Below, in pieces: positions 31,405 to 41,092 of a DNA stretch of 64,000 nucleotides. Source of the stretch: Limisphaerales bacterium (lineage in GTDB: Bacteria > Verrucomicrobiota > Verrucomicrobiia > Limisphaerales > AAA164-E04); the NCBI GenBank assembly GCA_965227305.1, contig OZ245740.1:10264497-10328496 (forward strand), read 5' to 3'. The notes under the pieces were generated by a model. The model ran no database searches. It had not been told where the DNA came from and saw only the letters and a list, made by a program, of their open reading frames with translations. A program made the position numbers and the translations under genes. The number at the start of each line of letters is the position of its first letter. Within the stretch, counting starts at the first letter, position 1.

Positions 31405-32985
31405 ATGACTGGACTTCGCACTCGCGTTTGCCTTGCTTGGATTTTCGGTATTCTCTTGATGCCCGTATGGGGCGCGACTCCCCCAATCATCGAGGTCGAC
31501 GGTGGCAGCGTGTCCGGTGTGAGCTTGAGCGGGAATGCCGGTCTTGCCGTCTATCGTGGGATACCGTATGCCGCACCGCCGGTTGGGGCGTTCCGATGGC
31601 AGCCGCCGCGCCGGGTGCAACCGTGGTCGGACATCCGGGCGTGTACGACGTTTGGTGCCGCGGCGCCGCAACCCTCCAATCATCCCACTCAGCGCTTTAG
31701 CGAGGATTGCCTGTATCTGAATGTCTGGACCCCGCGGGCGGGTGAACCCGCGGCGAAATTGCCCGTCATGGTTTGGATTCATGGCGGCGGGTTGAATCGG
31801 AGTTGGGCGCACAAGGAGTTTTACGACGGGGCGGGGCTCGCGGAACGGGGCGTGGTGTTGGTGTCGCTCAATTATCGGTTGGGCGCGCTCGGATTCCTCG
31901 CGCATCCCGGCCTTTCCGCTGAGTCGGCTCACGGGGTTTCGGGGAATTATGGATTCTTGGATCAGATCGCCGCCCTGCGTTGGGTGCGACGGCATATCGC
32001 CGGCTTTGGTGGGGATCCGGATCGGGTCACAATTTTTGGGGAGTCTGCGGGAGGGACGAGTGTGGCGGTCTTGTGCGCTTCGCCGCTGGCCCGTGGCTTG
32101 TTCCAGCGGGCGATTCTTCAAAGCCCGTGGATGTTTGGGTTCATCAACAAGTTGGCTGAGCCGAATATGGTGCGATTGCGCGATCCGGTGGCGTCGACGC
32201 CGAGTGCGGAAGCGCTGGGGCAACAATGGGCGAGCCGATTCACGGTGGGTTTGCCTCCCGCAGCGGCCGTCGATAAGTTGCGTTCCCTGACGCCGGAGCA
32301 GTTGCGGGAGGGCCTCAGTTATTATCGAACCCGTGCCACGATCGACGGGTGGCTCTTACCGGCCCATCCCGCTGAGGTATTTGCAGCGGGACAGCAAGCC
32401 CCGGTGCCGATGCTGATTGGGACGACGCGGGATGAAGGCGCCTACTTCACGAATTGGGTCTCGTTCAGTGGGCGCTCCGAGTTCTTAGGCGCGTTGAACG
32501 ATTTTTACGGGCCCGCTGCAGGCGCGGTAGCGGCTTGCTACCCCGGGACCGACGCCACGACGCTACGGCAGGCCGGGACTCAGTTCGTGACGGATGCCTG
32601 GTTCGTGCATCCGGCTCGGCAACTGTTGCAGGGGGCAGCGGCGTCACGTGCGGCCGTCTTTCACTACGAATTCGCCCAACCGAGCGCTCAATCCACCGAC
32701 GGCCGTGTGCCGCACGCTGCCGAGCTCCGTTATGTGTTCCAAACGCTCCTAGAGGGTGCGACGGAGGAGGATCGGCAGGTGGCAGATCGGATGGCCGGCT
32801 TGTGGGTTCAGTTTGCTCGAACGGGGAATCCCAATCGAGCGGACTTGCCGGATTGGCCGGTGTACACTCGGGGCGAACGACCCTATTTGAAGATTCGAGC
32901 CGGGTTTGGTGTTGGGACTCACTTGGGGGGCAGCGTAATGGATGGGCTCGATCGGGCGACTCGATCCATTTACTCCGGGCGTTAG
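31405..32985 (+). CDS. Carboxylesterase/lipase type B, secreted
   Basis: GIPYAAPPVG, SEDCLYLNVW, WIHGGG, FGESAGG, HAAEL. Confidence 0.93.
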   Translation: MTGLRTRVCLAWIFGILLMPVWGATPPIIEVDGGSVSGVSLSGNAGLAVYRGIPYAAPPVGAFRWQPPRRVQPWSDIRACTTFGAAAPQPSNHPTQRFSEDCLYLNVWTPRAGEPAAKLPVMVWIHGGGLNRSWAHKEFYDGAGLAERGVVLVSLNYRLGALGFLAHPGLSAESAHGVSGNYGFLDQIAALRWVRRHIAGFGGDPDRVTIFGESAGGTSVAVLCASPLARGLFQRAILQSPWMFGFINKLAEPNMVRLRDPVASTPSAEALGQQWASRFTVGLPPAAAVDKLRSLTPEQLREGLSYYRTRATIDGWLLPAHPAEVFAAGQQAPVPMLIGTTRDEGAYFTNWVSFSGRSEFLGALNDFYGPAAGAVAACYPGTDATTLRQAGTQFVTDAWFVHPARQLLQGAAASRAAVFHYEFAQPSAQSTDGRVPHAAELRYVFQTLLEGATEEDRQVADRMAGLWVQFARTGNPNRADLPDWPVYTRGERPYLKIRAGFGVGTHLGGSVMDGLDRATRSIYSGR

Positions 32986-33075
32986 TTATCGGGACTTCCG
33001 GAGCCTCGCATCGGCTCCGGAAGTCAGCGTGTAATTTGCTTGCTTCCCTCCAACCGCTATCAACACCATGGGGGA

Positions 33076-34827
33076 ATGAAGCGTTTACGATGGATCGTGG
33101 CGGTGATGGGGCTTTGTTGGGCCACGGACTCGGCATTGAAGGCAGCGGACTCGCTCACGCTGGACGATCTTTTTCCCAACGACGCCGTTCTCGATGTGCG
33201 GATTCAGATGGATCCGCAGGATTGGAACTCATTGCGGTATCAGACGCGGGATCGATCCACCATCGGGAATCGTCAGTTCGCTCCCATTCCCAACCCATTT
33301 ACCTACTTCGAAGGTGACGTCACGATTAACGGTGTCTCCTTTCCGAAGGTGGGTCTGAGGAAGAAGGGGTTTATTGGTTCTCTCAGTCACACCCGGCCGT
33401 CCCTCAAGGTGAAACTCAACTTCACCGATCCAGAAGGGGAGATGGGCGGACTTAGGACGCTCACCTTCAATAACAACAATCAGGATACCGGCCTCTTGAG
33501 CCAGTATCTTTCGTATCGCATCTTCAATCAGGTGGGTTCACCCGCGCCTCGTTGTGCCTTTGCTCGCGTAACGGTGAACGGCAAGAACTTGGGGGTGTAT
33601 TCCCACGTGGAGACGGTCCGCAAACCGCTGCTCAAGCGGGAGTTTGGGGACGATGCCGGAACGCTCTATGAGGGGACGGTGGTCGATTTCAATCCCGGCT
33701 GGGTCAACAGCTTCGAACTCAAGACGGGCGAGGACGAGCCGGGACGAAAGAAAATTGCTCAGGTGATCAAGGCGATGGAGGGGGACCCTGGCAATCCCTT
33801 GTTTCCGGAGGACACGCCAGCGCGGGCTTGGGTGCCGACCGGGCCGCAGGTGGACGGGATCTGGATGCATCCCGACTTTGATGATTCCCAATGGCGGCCT
33901 GGGGCTGGCGGGGTGGGTTTCGAGGACGGTCAAGGGTATGAAGACTTGATTGGTGCCGAGTTCGATTTTGGGCGCGAGCTTCGGCAGCAGCAGACATCGG
34001 TTTATTTGCGGATTCCATTCGACGTGGCGGATCCGGAGCAGGTGGCTCGTGCGGGACAACTCGTGCTACGCGTTCGGTATGATGACGGGTTTGTTGCCTA
34101 TTTGAATGGCAAACGAGTAGCCTCCGGGAATGGTCCGGCAAAGCCCCGTTGGAACAGCCAAGCGACGGAAAATCACGACGACGGTCAAGCCCTGAGCTAC
34201 CAGCCGTTTTATCTGGAGGACGCGGCTAGCTTGTTGGTGCCGGGACGCAACGTCTTGGCGGTCCACGGTTTGAATGTCGCCGCCGGCAGTACGGATATGT
34301 TGGTTGCGGCTGTCTTGCGGTTGGAGACGCTTGCTTTGGAAGAAGTGGTCGGAGAACACGTGGATCTGGACGCGTTTTACCGGTTCTGGGCGATAGAAGG
34401 TTTGTTGGGTTTCTGGGACGGCTATTCGGGGAATCGGAATAATTTTTTCGTCTACCATCATCCCGGGACGGACAAGATGCATTTCTTACCCTGGGGCGCG
34501 GATTGTCTCTTTACCAACAGTAGCATGGTGCATAATACCTGGGGTAAACCGATCTCCGTTAAGACGCAGGGCTTGATTGCCAATCGGTTTTGGAAGTTTG
34601 CTTCGGCGCGCGAGCGGTACGCGCGGACTATGATGGCAATTTTGGATGAGCATTGGGATGCGGATGCGCTGTTGGCCGAAACGGACCGGATGGAGGCTTT
34701 ACTCCGGCCGCATGTCGACCGGTCCCAGCGCCGTTTTGATCGCTCGCTCAATCAGATCCGTCGCTTCATCCGCGGTCGGCGATCCGAGGTGCTGAAAGAA
34801 ATTCGGCAACACCTGCCTGCTGAGTAG
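33076..34827 (+). CDS. CotH kinase family protein with an internal jelly-roll insertion
   Basis: VGLRKKG, PSLKVK, GVYSHVE, WDGYSGNRNNF, PWGAD; insert contains FDDSQW and YDDGFVAYLNG. Confidence 0.85.
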   Translation: MKRLRWIVAVMGLCWATDSALKAADSLTLDDLFPNDAVLDVRIQMDPQDWNSLRYQTRDRSTIGNRQFAPIPNPFTYFEGDVTINGVSFPKVGLRKKGFIGSLSHTRPSLKVKLNFTDPEGEMGGLRTLTFNNNNQDTGLLSQYLSYRIFNQVGSPAPRCAFARVTVNGKNLGVYSHVETVRKPLLKREFGDDAGTLYEGTVVDFNPGWVNSFELKTGEDEPGRKKIAQVIKAMEGDPGNPLFPEDTPARAWVPTGPQVDGIWMHPDFDDSQWRPGAGGVGFEDGQGYEDLIGAEFDFGRELRQQQTSVYLRIPFDVADPEQVARAGQLVLRVRYDDGFVAYLNGKRVASGNGPAKPRWNSQATENHDDGQALSYQPFYLEDAASLLVPGRNVLAVHGLNVAAGSTDMLVAAVLRLETLALEEVVGEHVDLDAFYRFWAIEGLLGFWDGYSGNRNNFFVYHHPGTDKMHFLPWGADCLFTNSSMVHNTWGKPISVKTQGLIANRFWKFASARERYARTMMAILDEHWDADALLAETDRMEALLRPHVDRSQRRFDRSLNQIRRFIRGRRSEVLKEIRQHLPAE

Positions 34828-34837
34828 GGGCACGAAT

Positions 34838-36094
34838 CTACAAGGGAGGATTCGGGGCGTGCGGGTAGGCTGCGGGTTGATAGGCGATGGCCAAATCCGG
34901 CGTGTCGATGCGGCGGCCACCCTCAAACCGGGACGTGAGAGCCCGATCAAGGATGCCGGTCGTTAGTAGCGTGCGCTCGACCGGGTAGCTGGGTTGCCCG
35001 CTGAGGATCATGCCTTCGATGGCTTTGAGGAGATAGGCGAAGTGAGGGTAGTGGGGTTCCCGACGCTCCTCAGCGTGAGTCGCCATCGGAAGCGATTGGC
35101 CGGTCAAGCGTATCGCCGTTCCGCAACCCGCCAGATAGCCTGAGAGCATAAAGATCGCTCCACGAAATCCGTCGCGGTATTCGAAGAGAAACGCGCCCAC
35201 GTGTTTGCCGCGAACCGAGCGAACGGGTTTGGTGGGATCGGATTTGGGCGTCACGTCCAGGGCAGCTTGAAAGACGTCTCTTGGGATGATCCCGTCATCG
35301 ATGAGTTGCCACATGGATTGATCGTCATACCACTGGACGGAGCGGACGCCGGTCTCGCCACCACGGCGGCGCTCGACGATGGATTGGAAGACTTCCAAGG
35401 TATGGATCCCGTAGATATCCAGACCAGAATACCCGACACCGACAGCTGCTTCGATGGGGCTGTCTAGTGGGATGCTCAGGTCCGGTTGTCGGTAGCTCAC
35501 GGGTAGGGAAGAACCCGCCATGAAGGGAATATTGAGTGCCTGTGCGCGTTCGTACATGGCCACGGCATCGCTCCAGACAGGACCCAAATGCTTGTCGTTG
35601 AAGACGGGGACGACGTGCCCGTGTTTCTCGAAGGTATCGGCAATGGCATCGAAGAAGCGTCGTCGCGGATACAGGTGTTGTTCTTTTTCGTTCCACGGGT
35701 AATCGCCGTGTTCGCCTATACTGAGCACGCCATCCACGGCGATCTTTTCGGAACCTAGCGTGATGGCGTCTTCGATGGTATCAAAGATTGGGACATTGTG
35801 TTTGGCTGCCATTGCACGGGCCATGTCACGATCCGGAAACTGGTCGACGTAAAGGGACGCCAATCGGAGCTGAGGACCCCGACCACCGTCGTAGGCCCAT
35901 CCTTCCAATATTTTTCCGATGAGGACGTCGGCGTGAGAGCCCTTGATGTACCAGGTGAGGATGCCGGCCACCGACTTTGGTTCTCCTCCAGAATCGGACT
36001 GCCCGAGGAGGCCATTGGGAAACGCCATGACCATGCCGCCCAGGCTGAGTTGCTGGAGCAGTTGGCGGCGACTGAGCGGGCGGGTGGCAGGCAT
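34838..36094 (-). CDS. Tat-exported hypothetical protein (Gfo/Idh/MocA-like fold, PVC family)
   Basis: LSRRQLL twin-arginine motif; SLYVDQFP, IGEHGDYP, VFNDKHL, MAGSSLP. Confidence 0.7.
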   Translation of the reverse strand: MPATRPLSRRQLLQQLSLGGMVMAFPNGLLGQSDSGGEPKSVAGILTWYIKGSHADVLIGKILEGWAYDGGRGPQLRLASLYVDQFPDRDMARAMAAKHNVPIFDTIEDAITLGSEKIAVDGVLSIGEHGDYPWNEKEQHLYPRRRFFDAIADTFEKHGHVVPVFNDKHLGPVWSDAVAMYERAQALNIPFMAGSSLPVSYRQPDLSIPLDSPIEAAVGVGYSGLDIYGIHTLEVFQSIVERRRGGETGVRSVQWYDDQSMWQLIDDGIIPRDVFQAALDVTPKSDPTKPVRSVRGKHVGAFLFEYRDGFRGAIFMLSGYLAGCGTAIRLTGQSLPMATHAEERREPHYPHFAYLLKAIEGMILSGQPSYPVERTLLTTGILDRALTSRFEGGRRIDTPDLAIAYQPAAYPHAPNPPL

Positions 36095-36110
36095 GTTGCT
36101 TTGGTCGGGG

Positions 36111-38162
36111 CTAGTGAGTGACAAAATGAAGGGGGTGGTGCGTTTGAAACTCGGCGTGTAGATCCGAGAGGTCGAAGTGTTGGAGCACGTCGGGAACGAA
36201 GGTGGAAAGGGGCCAGTCGTAGCGTTCGCTCTCGGCAATGTCTTGGTAGGAACGGAGCGCGTTGATCAGTGTGAGCTCGTCGATGCCGTCGCTCATGACA
36301 GCGGCGAAGGCGGCGGGGATGGTGCCTCTGCCCTTGGCAATCACATGTACGGATTCGTGTCCTTGGCTGCGAAGCCAGTGGACGACTCCGAGGAGATCTC
36401 GAGTTTTCTGCCCGGGATAGGGGTCATCGAGCATCCATGCGTGCATTGAATAGAAGTAGTCGCTCCCGTAAGGGGACAGGAACGAGTTCTCTCCGCAGGT
36501 GTCGGGTTGAGATTCGCCGCTGCCGCGGAGGTCCGTGGCGTAGAGAGGGGTAGTTGGGTTTTGTTCTGATAGGGATTTGAGGAAGGGCGATTCGCGTAGT
36601 TCCGCATCCGCCGAGAGGTGCGAGACATAGAGTAGGGCGGGTTGCTTTTGTTGGGGCGGCCGGGACTGGTGTCGCTCTGAGGTTAATAGGTAGCAGAGGC
36701 TTTGAATCCCTGGCTCAGTCTCAATGGCATAGGTGGTGAACTGGGGGCGAGGGAAATGCCGGTTGCGCCGTTGTCGAAGGATTCGGTAGCTGGGAATATT
36801 GGTTTCGTCCGGGATTCGGAGGACCTTCTGAACGGCATTGCGGAGTGCGTCGCCCCTAGGCTTGCCGCGGGCGGTCTTTAGTTTTTGGGCGTGAGCCCGG
36901 GTGAATTTGTGGACAGATATCGATCCGAGGCTGGCGACTTGGCCATTGGGCGCGCAGCGGAGGGTGTCGTCGGATTCCAAGACTAATTCGGACTCGGGAC
37001 TGGGGTGCTGTCGTTGGGTCGCACGGTTGAACCAGCGGTACATGGCTTCGCGGTTTTCCTGCGAGTAGCCGTGAGTCGTGGGGCCGGTAAAGAGTGCGAA
37101 CTGGTCTTCGGCGCCCAGCAAACGATACAGGTGTTTCAGTCGCGCCAAGGCGGCTTCACTCCCGCGGACGTCGAAGTAATCGCGTTCTTTGGCTAGAATG
37201 ATGACCGGCTTGGGCGCCATGGCGGCGAGGAAGTCTTCGTGTTCGAGTCCGAGAGCAAGTGCTCTTGGCGGGCATTGTTCTGTGTCCGCGGGGAGTTCGT
37301 TTTCTAGATTCCGCCGGAAGGAGGTTACGAAGCAGGAAGGTGCGGCCATGGTGTAACGCGGATCCAAACCGGCGAGCCACGTGGTCATGGTGCCCCCGCC
37401 TGAATTGCCCGTCACGCCGAGTTGAGTCGGATCGACTTCGGGTCGGGTTAACAAGTAGTCCAGTGCGCGGATCCCATCCCAGGCGCGCCAGCTCCCGAAG
37501 AACTCGCCCACGAGACATTGCTGATTGCCGACGTAGAGGTGTTCCCGAACTCCGACCCCGATCTCGGATCGGAATGCGGCGTCGGGATATTGAAGTCGTT
37601 CGCCCTGACCAATGGGATCATAGAGGAGCACGACGTAGCCCTGTCGGGCGAGGCCTTGGGCGAAGGATTGGTAGGCGGTTTCAGCTTTGCCGTTCGACGA
37701 GTGTCCACAGGTTCCGATGACCCCTGGGAGTGGGTAGGGGCGATGGGCGGATTCCTTGGGAAGGTAGAGGTTGGCGGAGACGAGAAAGTTGGGGCGGCTT
37801 TCGAAAATCAGATTCTCAATCCGATAGGTCCCGCGGTCCAAGACCTGCCGCACCTGAGCATTGAGCGGCGTCCGTTCGGGGTCCGGGCCAAAGCTCTGGC
37901 GGACGCGGTGTCGGACGCTTTGAACATAGGCCTCGGCGTCTCGCTGAGTGGCCAACCCGTAGAGCTGTTCGGTGCGGGCCTGACTGAGCGCGCGGACCCG
38001 AGCCACGAAGTACTCTTGAACCATTCTCGGGAAGCGGTTGAGGGGTGCGAGCTTGGGGGCGGTCTGCGCGTGGCTGTGTGGGAGCAACTCGGCGCTGGCC
38101 AATGCGGCCAGCGCCGTGCGCCCCAGAAACTGGCGCCGGCTCCAATGGTCTTGGTGATGCAT
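36111..38162 (-). CDS. Tat-exported alpha/beta hydrolase (acetylxylan esterase-like, duplicated domain)
   Basis: WSRRQFL; FESRP, CGHS, DPIGQGER, GNSGGG nucleophile elbow. Confidence 0.8.
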   Translation of the reverse strand: MHHQDHWSRRQFLGRTALAALASAELLPHSHAQTAPKLAPLNRFPRMVQEYFVARVRALSQARTEQLYGLATQRDAEAYVQSVRHRVRQSFGPDPERTPLNAQVRQVLDRGTYRIENLIFESRPNFLVSANLYLPKESAHRPYPLPGVIGTCGHSSNGKAETAYQSFAQGLARQGYVVLLYDPIGQGERLQYPDAAFRSEIGVGVREHLYVGNQQCLVGEFFGSWRAWDGIRALDYLLTRPEVDPTQLGVTGNSGGGTMTTWLAGLDPRYTMAAPSCFVTSFRRNLENELPADTEQCPPRALALGLEHEDFLAAMAPKPVIILAKERDYFDVRGSEAALARLKHLYRLLGAEDQFALFTGPTTHGYSQENREAMYRWFNRATQRQHPSPESELVLESDDTLRCAPNGQVASLGSISVHKFTRAHAQKLKTARGKPRGDALRNAVQKVLRIPDETNIPSYRILRQRRNRHFPRPQFTTYAIETEPGIQSLCYLLTSERHQSRPPQQKQPALLYVSHLSADAELRESPFLKSLSEQNPTTPLYATDLRGSGESQPDTCGENSFLSPYGSDYFYSMHAWMLDDPYPGQKTRDLLGVVHWLRSQGHESVHVIAKGRGTIPAAFAAVMSDGIDELTLINALRSYQDIAESERYDWPLSTFVPDVLQHFDLSDLHAEFQTHHPLHFVTH

Positions 38163-38167
38163 GGTCT

Positions 38168-39481
38168 TTAGACGGTAGGGAGTTGCCAGGGATCCCGACG
38201 GGGACAATCCCGCCAGGCATTCGCTTCGGCGTCGCCGGGGAATTCCCAGTTCTTCGGATCCCATTGGAGTTTCCGGTGGTTCCAATAGGCGAGATTGCCG
38301 AGGTGGATGAGGGTGACGGAGCGGGCCCCAATTTCAACATCGGCGACGGGTTTGCGCCGCTCGCGAATGCAATTGATCCAGTCCCGGTGATGTCCGGGGG
38401 AGTTGTAGAGTTTGACGTCGGAGTCCGTCAACGGGGTATCAACGATGGCCTTGGGGGTGCTACTCAGGTGGCCGCGATCGATTCGCAGGGTTCCCTCTGT
38501 TCCGGTAAAGGTGCAGCCACTGGGGCCGCCGTGGGTCATCGTGATGCCGTTGGCGTATTCATAGGTGACTCCGGTGGTGGCGTTGGGATCTTCGGGCGGG
38601 GTGATCGTGGTGGGGCCGGACTGGTCCATGCCGAGGGCCCATTGCGCAATGTCATAGTGGTGCGCGCCCATATCCGTGTGGCCGCCGCCAGAGTACTCAC
38701 GGTAGCTGCGCCAGGCGGGGAAATGGTTGTGCACGCCGCGAGGGCTGAGGATGGGGTTGTAGGCCCGCATCGGGGCCGGGCCGAGCCAGAGGTTCCAATC
38801 CAGGCCCGGTTCTGCGGGTTCCGCCGGGAGGTCGCACCAGACACTAGGAATCCCAACGCCCACGGTGACGGATTGGACCTTGCCGAGACGACCGCTACGG
38901 ATGATTTCACACGCTTTGCGGAACGGACCGAAGACACTGGAGCGTTGTTGACTCCCGGTTTGGACGACACGACCGTGTTTGCGTGCGGCTTGGATGCAGC
39001 GCTGCGCTTCCGCGATGGTCAGGGTGAGTGGTTTTTCACAGTAAACATCTTTGCCAGCCTTACAGGCTTCGATGAGGGGGATGGCATGCCAGTGATCCGG
39101 GGTGGCGATCACGACCGCGTCGATGTCGGGTCGAGCTAGAAGCTGGCGAAAGTCTACATACTCGCTACAACCTTTCCAATCCGTTCGATCGGAGTAGGCG
39201 GCTTCGACGCGTTGGCGAGCGTGGGCGCGGCGATTGCGATCCACTTCGCAGACGGCGACGGCTTGCACATCGCCGAATTGGAGTAGGGTGCGGAGGTGGT
39301 AGTCATTGGCCATTTTGCCACACCCGATGAAGCCGACGGTGATGCGTTCACTCGGGGCGGCTTTGCGGTTGTCTCCCAGGACTTGACTGGAGACGATCTG
39401 GGGGGCGACGGCGGCAGCGCCGAGGCCAGCTGTGGTGGTGCGGAGGAACTGGCGACGGGAGAGAGAGGGGGACGATTTCAT
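38168..39481 (-). CDS. Tat-exported Gfo/Idh/MocA family oxidoreductase
   Basis: LSRRQFL; GFIGCG, ATPDHWH, DVYCEKP, QTGSQQRS. Confidence 0.9.
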   Translation of the reverse strand: MKSSPSLSRRQFLRTTTAGLGAAAVAPQIVSSQVLGDNRKAAPSERITVGFIGCGKMANDYHLRTLLQFGDVQAVAVCEVDRNRRAHARQRVEAAYSDRTDWKGCSEYVDFRQLLARPDIDAVVIATPDHWHAIPLIEACKAGKDVYCEKPLTLTIAEAQRCIQAARKHGRVVQTGSQQRSSVFGPFRKACEIIRSGRLGKVQSVTVGVGIPSVWCDLPAEPAEPGLDWNLWLGPAPMRAYNPILSPRGVHNHFPAWRSYREYSGGGHTDMGAHHYDIAQWALGMDQSGPTTITPPEDPNATTGVTYEYANGITMTHGGPSGCTFTGTEGTLRIDRGHLSSTPKAIVDTPLTDSDVKLYNSPGHHRDWINCIRERRKPVADVEIGARSVTLIHLGNLAYWNHRKLQWDPKNWEFPGDAEANAWRDCPRRDPWQLPTV

Positions 39482-39616
39482 CAGGATCCAAGATTGGGCA
39501 TGAGCCTACGGGGTTCTGAAACGGATTATGCTGGATGGGTGCGTGCGGTGCAATCGCCGATCCCGTCGGGCTTTTGGTTCCATCGGGTCTATTGGGATTG
39601 AGCCGACTTGCCGCCC

Positions 39617-39728
39617 CGGTGGGGCGAGCGTACTCGCGAGCCGTTGGGCAAGAGCAGGGTGCAAATAAACCGTAGGCTCCGAGGGACCCTCTGGGTGGGA
39701 ACGGCTCGCGGGTACGCTCGCCCTACCG
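39617..39728. repeat. REPIN-like element (family A)
   Basis: CGGTGGGGCGAGCGTACTCGCGAGCCGTT...AACGGCTCGCGGGTACGCTCGCCCTACCG. Confidence 0.88.
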
Positions 39729-39736
39729 AGGGGGGG

Positions 39737-39928
39737 CTAGGGGGAATCGTCCGAGTCTTCGTTCTGGGGTGGGGGGCGGTTCGTCTGCCGTTTCCGCTTT
39801 TGAACCGCCTGCCGTAGCAGGAACTCCATCTGTCCGTTCACGCTGCGAAGATCCTCTTGCGCCCACGCCTCCAGCTCCTTCCAGAGGGAAGGGTCCATTC
39901 GTAGTAGGAATGACTTTCGGGATGCCAA
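39737..39928 (-). CDS. Arc-like ribbon-helix-helix DNA-binding protein
   Basis: ASRKSFLLRMDPSLWKELEAWAQEDLRSVNGQMEFLLRQAV; probable TTG start at 39928; follows the SPFH gene. Confidence 0.82.
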   Translation of the reverse strand: MASRKSFLLRMDPSLWKELEAWAQEDLRSVNGQMEFLLRQAVQKRKRQTNRPPPQNEDSDDSP

Positions 39929-39979
39929 GGGTGCAATTTGTTGTGCCCGGTATGGGCACGATGGCGCCACTCGGTGTCG

Positions 39980-40873
39980 CTATTGATACAGCGTTCCCGT
40001 GTTGACCACGGGATGGACTTCGGTTTCACCGCAGAGCACCACCAACAGGTTGCTGACCATGGCGGCTTTTCGCTCGTCGTCAAACTCAATCACTTTTTTC
40101 TCCGCCAAATCATGGAGCGCCATCTCCACCATGCTGACTGCTCCGTGGACGATCTTGCGCCGGGCGGCGATGACGGCTTCGGCCTGTTGGCGACGGAGCA
40201 TGGCTTGAGCGATTTCTGGCGAGTAAGCCAGGTGGGTGATGCGGGCTTCTTCGACCTCGACCCCCGCCTTGTCGAGGCGGGCTTGGAGTTCTCTTTTTAA
40301 GGTGGAGGTGACTTCTTCCCCGCCGCTTCGGAGCGTGGTTTCGTCGTCCTCGCCGTGGTCGTAGGCGAAGTGATTGGCTAAGTGGCGAACTGCGGACTCG
40401 CTTTGTACGCGGACAAAGTGCTCGTAATCATCGACATCGAAAATCGCCTGAGCCGTATCCCGAACGCGCCAGACCACCACGGCGGCGATTTCGATCGGAT
40501 TTCCCCGCTTATCGTTCACCTTGAGCTTCTCGCCATTGAGATTGCGGGATCGCAACGACACGGTTTTGCGAGTGTAGAGGGGGTTCGTGTAGTGGAATCC
40601 GCTCCGGACTTCGGTGCCCTGGTAGGCTCCGAAGAGGATGAGAACCGTGGCTTCGTTAGGTTGTTGGGTAAAGAAGCCCCGGCAGAGGACGACAGATGCC
40701 ACGATCATGAGGATGGGAACAATCACGTCCAGGGCAGCGGGCGAACCTGCCTTGAGCTGGAAGATGAGGTAGATCAGCGAGGCAAGAGCGAGTCCGAGGA
40801 TACCACCGAGCGGGAGCCAACCGCCAGCGGTGTTGAGTTGGTGCTGTTGATTCTTGGTTTGGTGGGCGTTCAT
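39980..40873 (-). CDS. SPFH/band 7 domain membrane protein
   Basis: Two TM helices; [46 protein letters not shown]. Confidence 0.92.
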   Translation of the reverse strand: MNAHQTKNQQHQLNTAGGWLPLGGILGLALASLIYLIFQLKAGSPAALDVIVPILMIVASVVLCRGFFTQQPNEATVLILFGAYQGTEVRSGFHYTNPLYTRKTVSLRSRNLNGEKLKVNDKRGNPIEIAAVVVWRVRDTAQAIFDVDDYEHFVRVQSESAVRHLANHFAYDHGEDDETTLRSGGEEVTSTLKRELQARLDKAGVEVEEARITHLAYSPEIAQAMLRRQQAEAVIAARRKIVHGAVSMVEMALHDLAEKKVIEFDDERKAAMVSNLLVVLCGETEVHPVVNTGTLYQ

Positions 40874-40893
40874 GAATGATTCCTTTCGATATA

Positions 40894-40909
40894 AAAGTGA
40901 TATCACTTT
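40894..40909. promoter_or_regulatory. Perfect 16-bp palindromic operator upstream of the SPFH/Arc operon
   Basis: AAAGTGATATCACTTT, 20 bp upstream of the SPFH ATG. Confidence 0.7.
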
Positions 40910-41092
40910 GATTTCACCTGTCGATAATAAAAGCGTGATTGCTTTGGAAGGGCCGATTCTTTCATGGCTTCCGAGTTAACGAGGGGTTGTTTTTTGTGGG
41001 GCTTTCGGGTTGGCTTGCGCGGTCGCTGGGCCTGCGGCAGGTGGGTAGCCGGCCAGGGCTCACTTGAACTACGACTGTCACGATCCTAATTA

